Assembly (NCBI GenBank): GCA_966251135.1
Contig: CBINKC010000003.1
Location: 9,139-73,138, forward strand
Reading direction: 5' to 3'
Source: an uncultured Burkholderiaceae bacterium
Lineage (GTDB): Bacteria; Pseudomonadota; Gammaproteobacteria; Burkholderiales; Burkholderiaceae_C
DNA length: 64,000 nt
Within the stretch, counting starts at the first letter, position 1. Every line of letters starts with the position of its first letter. Below the pieces are notes generated by a model. That model ran no database searches. It was not told the origin of the DNA and saw only the letters and a program-made list of their open reading frames with translations. Below, piece by piece: positions 30,621-39,717 of this stretch. The position numbers were made by a program, and so were the translations under genes.

Positions 30621-31591
30621 GAACAACCTACCGCGATGCCTTGCGCCAGGGCCTGCGCACCGCCCTGCAGTCCGATCCGCGCGTGTTCCTCATGGGCGAG
30701 GACGCCGGCCGCTACGGCGGCACCTACGCCGTGAGCAAGGGCTTTCTTGAAGAGTTCGGCGACGCCCGCGTGCGCGACACGCCGCTGTCGGAATCGGGCT
30801 TCGTGGGCTGCGGCATTGGCGCGGCGATCAACGGCATGCGGCCCATCGTCGAGGTGATGACGGTCAACTTCAGCCTGCTGGCGCTGGACCAGATCGTCAA
30901 CAACGCGGCCACGCTGCGCCACATGTCGGGCGGGCAGTTCGGCGTGCCGGTGGTGATCCGCATGACCACGGGTGCCGGCCGGCAGCTGGCGGCGCAGCAC
31001 TCGCACAGCCTGGAGGTCTGGTATGCCCACGTGCCCGGGCTGCGCGTGCTCGCGCCGGCCACGCTGGAAGATGCACGCGGCATGCTGCTGGCGGCGCTGC
31101 GCTGCCCCGACCCGGTTGTCATCTTCGAGCACGCGATGCTGCTCAATGTGGAGGGCGATCTCGAAGGCGAGCCGGCGCTGGTGGACATCGACCACGCCTT
31201 GGTGCGCCGCTCAGGACGCGACCTGAGCCTCATCACCTATGGCGGATCGCTGCCCAAGTGCCTGGCAGCAGCCCAGGAGCTGGGCGCGGCCGGCATCGAG
31301 GCCGAGGTGATCGACTTGCGCAGCCTGCGCCCGCTCGACACCACCGGGCTGTGCGCCAGCGTGCGTCGCACGCGGCGTGCCGTGGTGGTGGACGAGGGCT
31401 GGAAGACCTGCGCGCTGGCCGCCGAGATCATGGCCACCCTGGTCGAGCAGGCCTTCTACGACCTGGACGCGCCGCTGGCGAGGGTGTGCAGCGCGGAGGT
31501 GCCGATCCCCTATCCCAAGCACCTGGAAGACGTGGCCCTGCCCAGCGTGCCGCGCATCGTGCAGGTTTCGCGCGAGGTGGTGCAGCGATGA
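30617..31591 (+). CDS. pdhB: Pyruvate dehydrogenase-like E1 beta subunit
   Basis: [43 protein letters not shown]. Confidence 0.9.
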   Translation: MRTTYRDALRQGLRTALQSDPRVFLMGEDAGRYGGTYAVSKGFLEEFGDARVRDTPLSESGFVGCGIGAAINGMRPIVEVMTVNFSLLALDQIVNNAATLRHMSGGQFGVPVVIRMTTGAGRQLAAQHSHSLEVWYAHVPGLRVLAPATLEDARGMLLAALRCPDPVVIFEHAMLLNVEGDLEGEPALVDIDHALVRRSGRDLSLITYGGSLPKCLAAAQELGAAGIEAEVIDLRSLRPLDTTGLCASVRRTRRAVVVDEGWKTCALAAEIMATLVEQAFYDLDAPLARVCSAEVPIPYPKHLEDVALPSVPRIVQVSREVVQR

Positions 31592-32748
31592 TCGAACTGC
31601 GCATGCCTTCGTTCGGTGCCGACATGGACAACGCCGAGTTCGTGAAGTGGAACGTCGAGCCCGGCCGGCCCGTGCGACGCGGCGAGATCGTCGCCGTGGT
31701 CGAGACGCAAAAAGGCGCCATCGATGTGGAAACCTGGCAGGACGGCACCGTGGCGCGGCTGATCGCCGAGCCGGGGCAGCGCATTCCGGTGGGCCAGCTG
31801 CTGGCGGTGTTCGCGGGAGAGGGTGAAGACTGGCGGGCCGTTGCGGCGGTGGCACCCGCTGCAGGTGCTGAACCGGCCGCGGCCGCGCCCACTCCGACCC
31901 CGGCCTCAGCGGCGCCAGGACCTGCCGTGCCCGCGGGCGAGGCGGCGCCGATACGGGCATCGCCGGCCGCCCGCAAGCATGCGGCCGAGCTGGGCGTCGA
32001 CCTGGCGCGGCTCGCCCGCCGCAAGGGTGTGGAGCCGATCACCCTCGAAGACGTGGAACGCGCCGCCGCCACGGCCACATCGCCCACCGAGAGCATGCGC
32101 GCAGCGATTGCCGCCGCCATGGCCCGCTCCAAGCGCGAGATCCCGCACTACTACCTGGGCACCGAGCTGAACGCCGAGGGCGCCTTGCGCTGGCTGGAGG
32201 GCTACAACGCCCGGCGGCCGGTGACTGAACGGGTACTGTTCGCCGCGCTCGCAATGAAGGCCATCGCCAGGGCCGTGCCCGAGGCGCGGCAGCTCAACGG
32301 CCGCTATGTCGATGGCCGCTTCGATCCCTCCAAGGCCGTGCACCTGGGCGTGGTCACTGCGCTGCGCGGCGGCGGCCTGGTGGTGCCCACTGTGCATGAT
32401 GCCGATCGGCTCTCGCTGCCTGATCTCATGGCCGCGCTGCGCGAGGCGTTGTCGCGCGCTCGCAGCGGAAAGTTGCGCAGCTCCGACCTGGCCGATTCGA
32501 CCCTCACCGTCACCAACCTCGGCGATCTCGGCTGCGACACCGTCTATGGCGTGATCTACCCGCCACAGGTGGCGCTGGTGGGCCTTGGGCGCGTGATGCC
32601 GCGTCCGGTGGTGCAAGACCAGCTCGTGGTCGCGGCCCGCACCATCCACATCACCCTGGCCGCCGATCACCGCGCCAGCGACGGCCTCATCGGCGCATCC
32701 TTCCTGGCCGCAGTGCGCGAACGGCTATCGCATCCGGAGGATCTGTGA
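31588..32748 (+). CDS. pdhC: Dihydrolipoamide acetyltransferase E2
   Basis: Lipoyl domain (VETQKG), E3-binding domain (ASPAARKHA), catalytic TNLG and DHRASDG. Confidence 0.88.
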   Translation: MIELRMPSFGADMDNAEFVKWNVEPGRPVRRGEIVAVVETQKGAIDVETWQDGTVARLIAEPGQRIPVGQLLAVFAGEGEDWRAVAAVAPAAGAEPAAAAPTPTPASAAPGPAVPAGEAAPIRASPAARKHAAELGVDLARLARRKGVEPITLEDVERAAATATSPTESMRAAIAAAMARSKREIPHYYLGTELNAEGALRWLEGYNARRPVTERVLFAALAMKAIARAVPEARQLNGRYVDGRFDPSKAVHLGVVTALRGGGLVVPTVHDADRLSLPDLMAALREALSRARSGKLRSSDLADSTLTVTNLGDLGCDTVYGVIYPPQVALVGLGRVMPRPVVQDQLVVAARTIHITLAADHRASDGLIGASFLAAVRERLSHPEDL

Positions 32749-33035
32749 GCACCGTCACCCAGACCATCCGCCAGGCGATCATCGACGCCGTCCTGCAGAT
32801 TGCGCCCGAGGCCGATTTCGCGCGAGTGGATGCGAAACGTTCGCTGCGCCAGCAACTGGACATCGACTCTTTCGATTTCCTCAATCTGCTGATCGACCTG
32901 CACGCCAGGCTGGGGGTAGAGATCCCCGAGGCGGATTACGCGAAAGTGGACACGCTGGAGGCGATGGAGGGGTATCTGGCGGCGCGGGGCTCCGAAGGCG
33001 AGCGCTGGTTCGCCGTGATGTCGTCGCGTGCGTGA
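32745..33035 (+). CDS. Acyl carrier protein
   Basis: LDIDSFDFLNLL phosphopantetheine-Ser motif, GVEIPE; GTG start overlapping the E2 stop. Confidence 0.88.
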   Translation: MSTVTQTIRQAIIDAVLQIAPEADFARVDAKRSLRQQLDIDSFDFLNLLIDLHARLGVEIPEADYAKVDTLEAMEGYLAARGSEGERWFAVMSSRA

Positions 33036-33040
33036 CGCCA

Positions 33041-33282
33041 TTCGGGCTGAGCTTGTCGAAGCCCCTTGCCCGCCTGCGCAGGCCCTTCGACAAGCTCAGG
33101 GCGAACGGGACCGCCGTAGTCCTCTACACCGTTCGGGCTGAGCTTGTCGAAGCCCCTCGCCCACCTGCGCGAGCCCTTCGACAAGCTCGGGGCGAACGGG
33201 ACCGCCGTGGTCCCCTACACCGTTCGGGCTGAGCTTGTCGAAGCCCCTCGCCCACCTGCGCGAGCCCTTCGACAAGCTCAGG
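33041..33282. repeat. Tandem REP-like palindromic repeats, 91-bp period (2.7 copies)
   Basis: Units start at 33041, 33132 and 33223; each has arms ttcgggctgagcttgtcgaag / cttcgacaagctcagggcgaa. Confidence 0.9.
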
Positions 33283-33302
33283 ACAGCAGTGACACGGGAA
33301 AG

Positions 33303-33749
33303 CTACTTGACGACGAGCACCGGCATCTTCGCGAGCGACAGCACGTGCGAGGTCTGGCTGCCCAGGAGCGCCGAAGCCGCCGCGCCCCGCCCTCGCGACG
33401 CCATGACGATGAGATCGCAACCCTCAGACTCCGCGTGGCGCACGATCTCCTCATACGGGTAGTCGCTCACCGCCACCCGCGGCTCCACGCGGGCCTTCGC
33501 CGGGACCTGCCGCTGCAAAATCTCCTGCAGCCGCTCACGACCGCCCTGCGCAAGCTGCCCGCGCAGTGTGTCCAGGTTCGGGCCGTTGGAGAACACCGCC
33601 CCGACCACATCATGCGTGCCGTAGTCGGGCACCACCATCAACGCCGTCACGCGCGGCGCACCGCAAGCGGCCGAGAGCCGCAGCGCCGCAGCAACCGCCT
33701 TGTCGGCGAGCGCGGAGCCATCCGTCGCGACGAGGATGTGCTTGAACAT
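33303..33749 (-). CDS. Universal stress protein
   Basis: MFKHILVATDGS, DLIVMASRGRG...LLGSQTSHVL. Confidence 0.93.
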   Translation of the reverse strand: MFKHILVATDGSALADKAVAAALRLSAACGAPRVTALMVVPDYGTHDVVGAVFSNGPNLDTLRGQLAQGGRERLQEILQRQVPAKARVEPRVAVSDYPYEEIVRHAESEGCDLIVMASRGRGAAASALLGSQTSHVLSLAKMPVLVVK

Positions 33750-33753
33750 GTGC

Positions 33754-34197
33754 CTACTTCACCTGCAGTCGGTTGATGTACTCCAGCAGCGCGAGGATGC
33801 GGGCTCGCACATACGCCTCAGGATCGTAGGGCACATCGATGTAGTACTCCGCCGCCTGCACGCGATAGTCCTGTCCCCATATGGGCATGTCGCGCGCACC
33901 GTGCGAAGGCACGTTCGCACCTTCGATCACCTCGTACAGCCGGCTCATCGGAAAGACACCGTTGTTGTTCTTTGTGAGCACCGTGAGGTCGGGTGGGGCC
34001 TTGCGCAGCAACTCAACGACAAAGCCCTTGCCTTTGCCGTCCGTGCCGTGGCAGGCGGCGCAGTTCGACTCGAATTCGCGCTTGCCGAAATCGACCCGCA
34101 CATCCCGCGACTGCGCCTGCGCTCTGGGCTGGGCCGGCGCCGCTGCGCTGACCACCACGCATAGCGCCCCGATCGCCACCGTCGAAGCAGTGCCCAT
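33754..34197 (-). CDS. Periplasmic monoheme cytochrome c
   Basis: Signal peptide; CAACH heme motif; HGARDMPIWG with distal Met. Confidence 0.88.
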   Translation of the reverse strand: MGTASTVAIGALCVVVSAAAPAQPRAQAQSRDVRVDFGKREFESNCAACHGTDGKGKGFVVELLRKAPPDLTVLTKNNNGVFPMSRLYEVIEGANVPSHGARDMPIWGQDYRVQAAEYYIDVPYDPEAYVRARILALLEYINRLQVK

Positions 34198-34309
34198 ACA
34201 ACCTCCACGCAGTGATTCGAGAAGGCGCGTCATGAACGACGCCGCCTGTCAGCTTTCGCCACCCTCGCGCCGTGCCGCAACAAGCATGCGCGGTGGTCGA
34301 AAACCCGAC

Positions 34310-34323
34310 TTGATGCTACGCAA
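34310..34323. promoter_or_regulatory. FNR/Anr-like box TTGAT-GCTA-CGCAA
   Basis: Sits between divergent cytochrome c-USP and kinase-like genes; candidate minus-strand -10 CATGCT at 34288-34283 (centre about -40.5). Confidence 0.5.
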
Positions 34324-34415
34324 GGCATGGCGTTCTTACTCTGCCCCGCTACTGCAGCCGTGCGGAAGCCGCCCGGGCCATTTCCGCTCGTGCGCGACCC
34401 GCGCAAGCACTTGTC

Positions 34416-35525
34416 ATGCGTGGCACCATGCACAGGTTCCCCAAGATCCAGCCTCCGCATGCCGCCCCACGCGCCATGACGCCCCCTTCCACCGCACTGC
34501 CTGCCGCCGAGGCCCTGCCGGGGCTCGATGCCAAGGTGCAGTTCCTGCGCACGCCGGCCGCCCACCAGGGACTCGTGACGCAGGTGTTGTCCATCGAGAC
34601 CCACATGTCATGGGTGTTCCTTGCCGGCAACCACGTGCTCAAGCTGAAGAAGCCCGTGCGCCTTCCCTACCTCGATTTCTCCACCGTTCAGGCGCGTGAG
34701 TTCGACTGCCGCGAAGAGGTGCGCCTCAACGCCCGGCTGGCTCCCGGCGTGTATCTGGGCCTGCGCGCGCTGCAATGGCACCAGGGCTGCTTCGCGCTGC
34801 TGCCACCCCAGGCGCTGCCCGCACCTGGGCATACCGTGGACTGGCTGGTACTCATGCAGCGCCTGCCCGATGCACGCATGCTGCATCACCTGGCCCGCCA
34901 GGGCTGCGTGCAGGAAACCGAGGTGGATGAACTGCTCGCGCGACTCGGCGCCTTCTACCGTGGCGCCACCCGCGTGGGCGTGACCGCCGACGAGATGCTC
35001 ACCAGGCTGCGACGCGAGCAGGCCGTCACGCGCGACGTGCTGTTGCGCCCGCAGTTCAGCGTGAGCGACGCGGCCCGCGCCCTGGAAGGTATGGACCGCG
35101 CACTGTGCCGGCACGCCGGCCTGCTGGCCGAACGATGCGCGCACGGCCACATCGTCGACGGCCACGGCGACCTGCGCCCCGAACACGTTTGCCTGGTCCA
35201 GCCGCCAGTGGTCATCGACTGCCTCGAATTCAACGCACAGCTGCGGCAGGTCGATCCCGTCGACGAACTGGCTTTCCTGGGCCTGGAGTGCGCGATGGCC
35301 GGCGCCCCGTGGATCGGCCCACGGCTGATCCACGGCCTGGCGCTGTACCTTGGCGACCGGCCCGCACCGGAACTCATCGCGCTGTACACCGCCCAGCGCG
35401 CCCTGCTGCGCGCACGACAGGCCCTTGCCCACCTGCTCGATCCCACGCCGCGCACGCCTGCAAAGTGGGCGCCGCTCGCGCAGGAGTACGTACAACGGGC
35501 GCTAGTGCAGTGTTCGATGCTGTAA
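34416..35525 (+). CDS. Aminoglycoside-phosphotransferase-like kinase (N-terminal domain of the bifunctional APH/AAA family), stand-alone
   Basis: IETHMSWVFL, KLKKPV...LDFST, EVRLN.RLAP, DGHGDLRPEH, IDCLEFN...D.VDELAFL; no C-terminal P-loop; true start may be 34428 or 34476. Confidence 0.75.
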   Translation: MRGTMHRFPKIQPPHAAPRAMTPPSTALPAAEALPGLDAKVQFLRTPAAHQGLVTQVLSIETHMSWVFLAGNHVLKLKKPVRLPYLDFSTVQAREFDCREEVRLNARLAPGVYLGLRALQWHQGCFALLPPQALPAPGHTVDWLVLMQRLPDARMLHHLARQGCVQETEVDELLARLGAFYRGATRVGVTADEMLTRLRREQAVTRDVLLRPQFSVSDAARALEGMDRALCRHAGLLAERCAHGHIVDGHGDLRPEHVCLVQPPVVIDCLEFNAQLRQVDPVDELAFLGLECAMAGAPWIGPRLIHGLALYLGDRPAPELIALYTAQRALLRARQALAHLLDPTPRTPAKWAPLAQEYVQRALVQCSML

Positions 35526-35729
35526 GTGGAACATGAAGCCGCAACCGCCCCGGGTGTCAGAGGGCGTCACTTCCTGGGTACCGTGCAGGTCAGTTCGGCG
35601 AGCCCGGCCCGACAAACTTTGCGCTGGTGAGCTGCAGGGACGGCGACGCGATGCACTGTGGCAGCAGCGGCCGGCCCGAGCCCCGGCGTGGCGCAGCCGC
35701 CTTGGACATTGACCGGAAGCGCTCGACGC

Positions 35730-36623
35730 TCAAAACGGCACGACATCCGTTGGGTACTTCCACATGTCCTTCAACAAGTAGCTCATCGGCAATGACAGCA
35801 TTGAATTGCGCGGCGGGATCGGCCTCATGAACCAGCGCTGGTAGAAGACATGCATCTCGCGTGCGTAGATCATGCGCTTCATTTCGTCATCGATGATCTT
35901 CTTAAAGATCGAGTCGTTTTTCGACATCATGATCGCCAGCGCTTCAATGGTCAGGAACTTGCCCACGACCTTGTACTTCGACGGATTGCGTTGCGCTGCA
36001 ATCAGGCCATAGAGCAACACATCGTCCATCACGAAACCGTCGGCCTTCCCTGACGCCACCATATCGAAGGCGCTCGAGTGATCCGCCGCCTCGATGACCT
36101 TGATGCCCAGCAGTCGTTCGCGGTTGACCTGGTCGATGGCTCTCAGCGGCGTGGTGCCCTTGGTCGACACCAGCTTCTTGCCCTCGAACCCGCGCAGGTC
36201 CCTGATGCCACTGTCGGCGCGCACCAGGAACCGGGCCCCGGTGATGTAGTGGGGAACGGTAAAGGCCACCTGCTTGCGGCGCTCGGCGTTGTTCGTGGTC
36301 GAGCCGCACTCGAGGTCCGCCTGGCCTTGCACCACCGCATCGATGCGGTTGGAGGGAGTCACCAACATGTAGTCGACTTCCAAGGTCTTCATGCCCAACT
36401 TGGTGCGCACCACCTCGGCCAGATGCCGGCAGATGTCGACCGCGTAGCCCACCGGCTTCTTTTCCTCGTCCAGATACGAGAACGGGACGGAAGATTCCCG
36501 GTAGGCAATTGTCAACTTCCCGGTCTTTTGGATGCGATCGAGTACTTCACCCGCATGCAGCGAAACTGCGGCCGTGCCGAGCACAAGCCCGGCGAAGATC
36601 CGGGGTACCAATGCGATGCGCAT
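35730..36623 (-). CDS. Amino acid ABC transporter substrate-binding protein (GltI-like), orphan
   Basis: AYRESSVPFSY, ADLECGSTTNNAERRKQVAF, STKGTT, FVMDDVLL; no permease genes nearby. Confidence 0.9.
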   Translation of the reverse strand: MRIALVPRIFAGLVLGTAAVSLHAGEVLDRIQKTGKLTIAYRESSVPFSYLDEEKKPVGYAVDICRHLAEVVRTKLGMKTLEVDYMLVTPSNRIDAVVQGQADLECGSTTNNAERRKQVAFTVPHYITGARFLVRADSGIRDLRGFEGKKLVSTKGTTPLRAIDQVNRERLLGIKVIEAADHSSAFDMVASGKADGFVMDDVLLYGLIAAQRNPSKYKVVGKFLTIEALAIMMSKNDSIFKKIIDDEMKRMIYAREMHVFYQRWFMRPIPPRNSMLSLPMSYLLKDMWKYPTDVVPF

Positions 36624-37209
36624 AGAGGCTCCTTCTCCCGAGAGGTGTTAACAGTGACTTGAGGTGAACTACTCCTTGCACCTGCATGTGACAGCCATGC
36701 GGAACGTGAGCTAGCAAGAAGGGCGCCACCGAGGCGAAGTCTCGCACGGAAGTGCGCAACGTCTGCCCGGTCCACGGGCATTTTCGGGACTTGTTATCGA
36801 TGACGCGGGGCGCCATGCGGCCTGAGACATCAGGAATTCAAGGGAAGAGACCAACCGGCAGATATCGGAAAACTCCAGCCCGCAGAGGTCGGAATTTGAA
36901 CGTCATGTCTAAAAGAGATGAGTCCGGCAGAGATTGGCATTGCGCCTGCACGGCAATGTGATCGAGACTTTTCTCGATTTCAGTGAATTCGTGCTTGATG
37001 CCGATCCAAGTCGCGATGCGAGTTGAATAACGCGTCAGCCTCGCAGGCAAAGCTGCAGGCGATTCGTCGCGAGTCGAACTTTCGGCCGCGGAGCCTTGCA
37101 CTCATCTCGCCGTATGAACCCTGTTGCGGCGGCAGAAGCGGGCGCGCACTGGGCGCGCTCTGGGTCATGGCCGAGATTGCAGCATCGGCGCCACAGCGAG
37201 CGAGGCTCG

Positions 37210-37223
37210 TTGACTTGCGGCAA
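37210..37223 (+). promoter_or_regulatory. FNR/Anr-like box TTGAC-TTGC-GGCAA upstream of ompW
   Basis: About 83 bp before the ompW ATG; a second near-consensus box TTGAT-GCCG-ATCCA lies at 36995-37008. Confidence 0.45.
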
Positions 37224-37305
37224 AACTCACAAAGCCGGGTTCGTTCCCAATTCCCGTCTTGAGGCAGTGCCCTCTTTCTTCTCATGTCAACAGGAACAAA
37301 CCATC

Positions 37306-37908
37306 ATGCAAGTCCGCAAGACAACCGCTCGCGCGATCCTGGCTCTGGCCGCTCTCGGCGGCATCGCTATGCCCGTTGCCGCGCAGGAAAGTCCCTGGCT
37401 CGTGCGGGTGCGCGCCGTCAACCTCGACAGCGCCAACAAGGATTCGACCGGGCTCGACCTCTCGATCAACGACAAGGTGATCCCGGAAGTCGACATCACC
37501 TACTTCCTCACACCCAACCTCTCGGCAGAACTCGTCCTCACGTATCCGCAAAAGCACACCCTCAAGGCGGGCGCCGCCGAGATCGGCTCGCTCAAGCATC
37601 TGCCGCCGACTCTGACGGCGCAGTACCGCTTCACCGGGCTGGGCGCCTTCACGCCGTATGTCGGCGCAGGCCTGAACTACACGCGCTTTTCGAGCGTGAA
37701 CCTGCCGGCCGGCGTGAGCATCGACAAGAACAGCTTCGGCCTGGCCGTGCAAGCGGGCGTGGACGTTCCCCTGAGCAACCAGCTGTCGCTGAACTTCGAC
37801 CTGAAGAAGGTCCAGATCCGCACCGATGTCAGCGCGGGCGGCGCCGAGATCGGCAAGTTCAAGGTCGATCCCCTGCTCGTCGGCGTGGGAGTGGGCTGGC
37901 GCTTCTGA
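37306..37908 (+). CDS. ompW: Outer membrane protein W
   Basis: WLVRVRA, IPEVDITYFLTPNLSAELVLTYPQKH, LPPTLTAQY, C-terminal GVGWRF. Confidence 0.93.
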   Translation: MQVRKTTARAILALAALGGIAMPVAAQESPWLVRVRAVNLDSANKDSTGLDLSINDKVIPEVDITYFLTPNLSAELVLTYPQKHTLKAGAAEIGSLKHLPPTLTAQYRFTGLGAFTPYVGAGLNYTRFSSVNLPAGVSIDKNSFGLAVQAGVDVPLSNQLSLNFDLKKVQIRTDVSAGGAEIGKFKVDPLLVGVGVGWRF

Positions 37909-37953
37909 GCGCTCGCAACCCCACGAGTCTGCCAGTGGTCTGCTCGTGGCCTC

Positions 37954-38433
37954 TTAGCGGCAGCCCATGCTGCCGCAGTGGGTGAGCGCGGTGTCCGGCA
38001 GGCAGCCGGACACTTCGCCGGTCAGGGGGTCGAAGCCCACCTGGGCCATGTGAAACGCCAGGCCGGCATCCATCATCTGCGCGTGGGCGGGGAACCACTG
38101 GGCGAGTTCGCCCAGCAAGATGGACAGCGGCTCGCGACGGTCTTCCTCGCAGGCCAGGCGCAGCACCTCGCGCATCATGTCGAGCACCATGGTGTGCTGG
38201 CGGGCATGGCAGTTGTCAGGCGAGAAGCCGGTGGCGCACATCCAGCGGTCTTCCTGGCCGAAATGCTCGACGGTGTGCTCGAGCAGCCGCTCGAATGCGG
38301 TCAGCACGCGAGCGAAATCGCCTTCATCCTGGGCTCGGTTCACGTCACCGAGCAGTTCGACGAACTCCTCATGCGTGCGGTCCATCTGGGGCTGGTTCAC
38401 CCGCAAAGCTTCGGTCCAGACGAGTGCAGTCAT
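37954..38433 (-). CDS. Hemerythrin-like di-iron protein
   Basis: MD.TH, EHF..E, H..QH, H...MD iron-ligand pattern. Confidence 0.88.
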   Translation of the reverse strand: MTALVWTEALRVNQPQMDRTHEEFVELLGDVNRAQDEGDFARVLTAFERLLEHTVEHFGQEDRWMCATGFSPDNCHARQHTMVLDMMREVLRLACEEDRREPLSILLGELAQWFPAHAQMMDAGLAFHMAQVGFDPLTGEVSGCLPDTALTHCGSMGCR

Positions 38434-38464
38434 GACTTGGCGACTTCAAGCTGAGTAGCCCGGC

Positions 38465-38506
38465 AGGCTAGCGGCCGGGCCGGGCCATGTCCTTGCGATG
38501 GCTCAA
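38465..38506 (-). promoter_or_regulatory. FNR/Anr-like box (TTGAG-CCAT-CGCAA) with -10 TAGCCT for hemerythrin
   Basis: Box at 38493-38506; -10 at 38470-38465 places the centre at -41.5. Confidence 0.6.
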
Positions 38507-38522
38507 GGGGAGCGGGGGCGAC

Positions 38523-38798
38523 TAGTGTCGTGAGTTGGACATACGTGGCATTTCGACGGGCCGAAACGGGGATGAGCGCAAGGCGCACAGCCGGGTCGAT
38601 ACCGGGTGGTATCGACCCGGCTGGGCAACGCGGCGATCGCCCCGTGTCGGCCCGCCCCGTAGGGGTTCGGCCAGATGGCGCCCTCGCGCGACCGTCGAAA
38701 GGGGTCGATACCACCCGGTATCGACCCCTTTCGCCCGCCGCACGATCATCACCATCTGGTCGAATCGAAATGCCACGTATGTCCAACTCACGACACTA
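38523..38798. mobile_element. MITE-like non-autonomous element with 34-bp perfect terminal inverted repeats (TA ends)
   Basis: TAGTGTCGTGAGTTGGACATACGTGGCATTTCGA at 38523-38556 and its exact reverse complement at 38765-38798; two internal 16-17 bp hairpins; no transposase. Confidence 0.75.
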
Positions 38799-39566
38799 CG
38801 CCGGCACGGCGTAATGCGCTTCGCTCAGCAGGTCGATGCCGCAGGGCAGCGTCTGGATCCAGTCGATGAACTCGCCTACCGCCGCGCCCATGATGGGCGA
38901 GCCGTGCTGGGGAACCAGCATGTCGATGCTCAGCTTGCGCACCATCTGCGCCCAGAGCCGCAACACCTTGTTCGACACCATGTAGCGCCGATGGAAGGCT
39001 TCCATGCGGTGCAGCTGGCCGGCCAGCGAGGTGATGGGGCGCTGGGCCTCGGCGCCGGTGCCCATCGACACGCCGAGGTCGCCTGAGAAGAGGATGCGGC
39101 TCGCCGGGTCGTAGAAGTGGAAGTTCCCCTCCGAATGCAGGAAATGCGCCGGCAAGGCGATGAGTTCGCCACGGCCGATGCGGATGCGCATGCCCGCATC
39201 CGGGATGCCGACGATCCGCCCGGCCGTCTTGCCCGGTTTGCAGAAATGTGGAGCGAAGCGCTCCCAGACGCGGGAGATGTAGAGCTTGGCCCCGGTGGTG
39301 GCCGTCATCCAGCGGTCGAGAGAGGCAATGATGTCGGGGTCGGCGTGCGAAGCGAGGATGGCCGACAACTGGTGCGGCGGGAAGTGCCGCGTCATCGACA
39401 GGTACAGATCGGTGTACGCGAGGTTGCCGCCCGGATCGATGATGGCGCCCGTGTCCCCGTTCACGACGAGGAACTGGTTGGACTGCACGGCTTCACCGCC
39501 CTCGTCGCACAGGTCGGTGAACATGAGGCACTGGTGGCCGTCGTAATTGAAAAGTTCGATGGGCAT
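38796..39566 (-). CDS. ODP-like oxygen-binding di-iron metallo-beta-lactamase-fold protein
   Basis: SNQFLV, IIDPGG, SHADPD, AHFLHSEGNF, LFSGD, VPQHG; no flavodoxin domain; start re-assigned to ATG 39566. Confidence 0.8.
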   Translation of the reverse strand: MPIELFNYDGHQCLMFTDLCDEGGEAVQSNQFLVVNGDTGAIIDPGGNLAYTDLYLSMTRHFPPHQLSAILASHADPDIIASLDRWMTATTGAKLYISRVWERFAPHFCKPGKTAGRIVGIPDAGMRIRIGRGELIALPAHFLHSEGNFHFYDPASRILFSGDLGVSMGTGAEAQRPITSLAGQLHRMEAFHRRYMVSNKVLRLWAQMVRKLSIDMLVPQHGSPIMGAAVGEFIDWIQTLPCGIDLLSEAHYAVPA

Positions 39567-39591
39567 CGGGCGCCGGTGTGCAAAGCTGCGC

Positions 39592-39632
39592 ACTGTACGG
39601 AGGGCCCCTGCCTGCGCCTTGCTCCAGATCAA
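39592..39632 (-). promoter_or_regulatory. FNR/Anr-like box (TTGAT-CTGG-AGCAA) with -10 TACAGT for the ODP gene
   Basis: Box at 39619-39632; -10 at 39597-39592 places the centre at about -40.5. Confidence 0.65.
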
Positions 39633-39717
39633 GACCACAGGCGCCATGCGCACGGGCGAACCGCCGACGTGCAGTACTCACGCGGGCCTGGTGCAGCCCA
39701 ACCCCGCCCTGGGGCGA

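Noticed and set aside
33041-33282. Possible CRISPR array
   Set aside because: The intervening segments are near-identical rather than unique spacers, the unit is a long palindrome, and there are no cas genes; REP-like instead.
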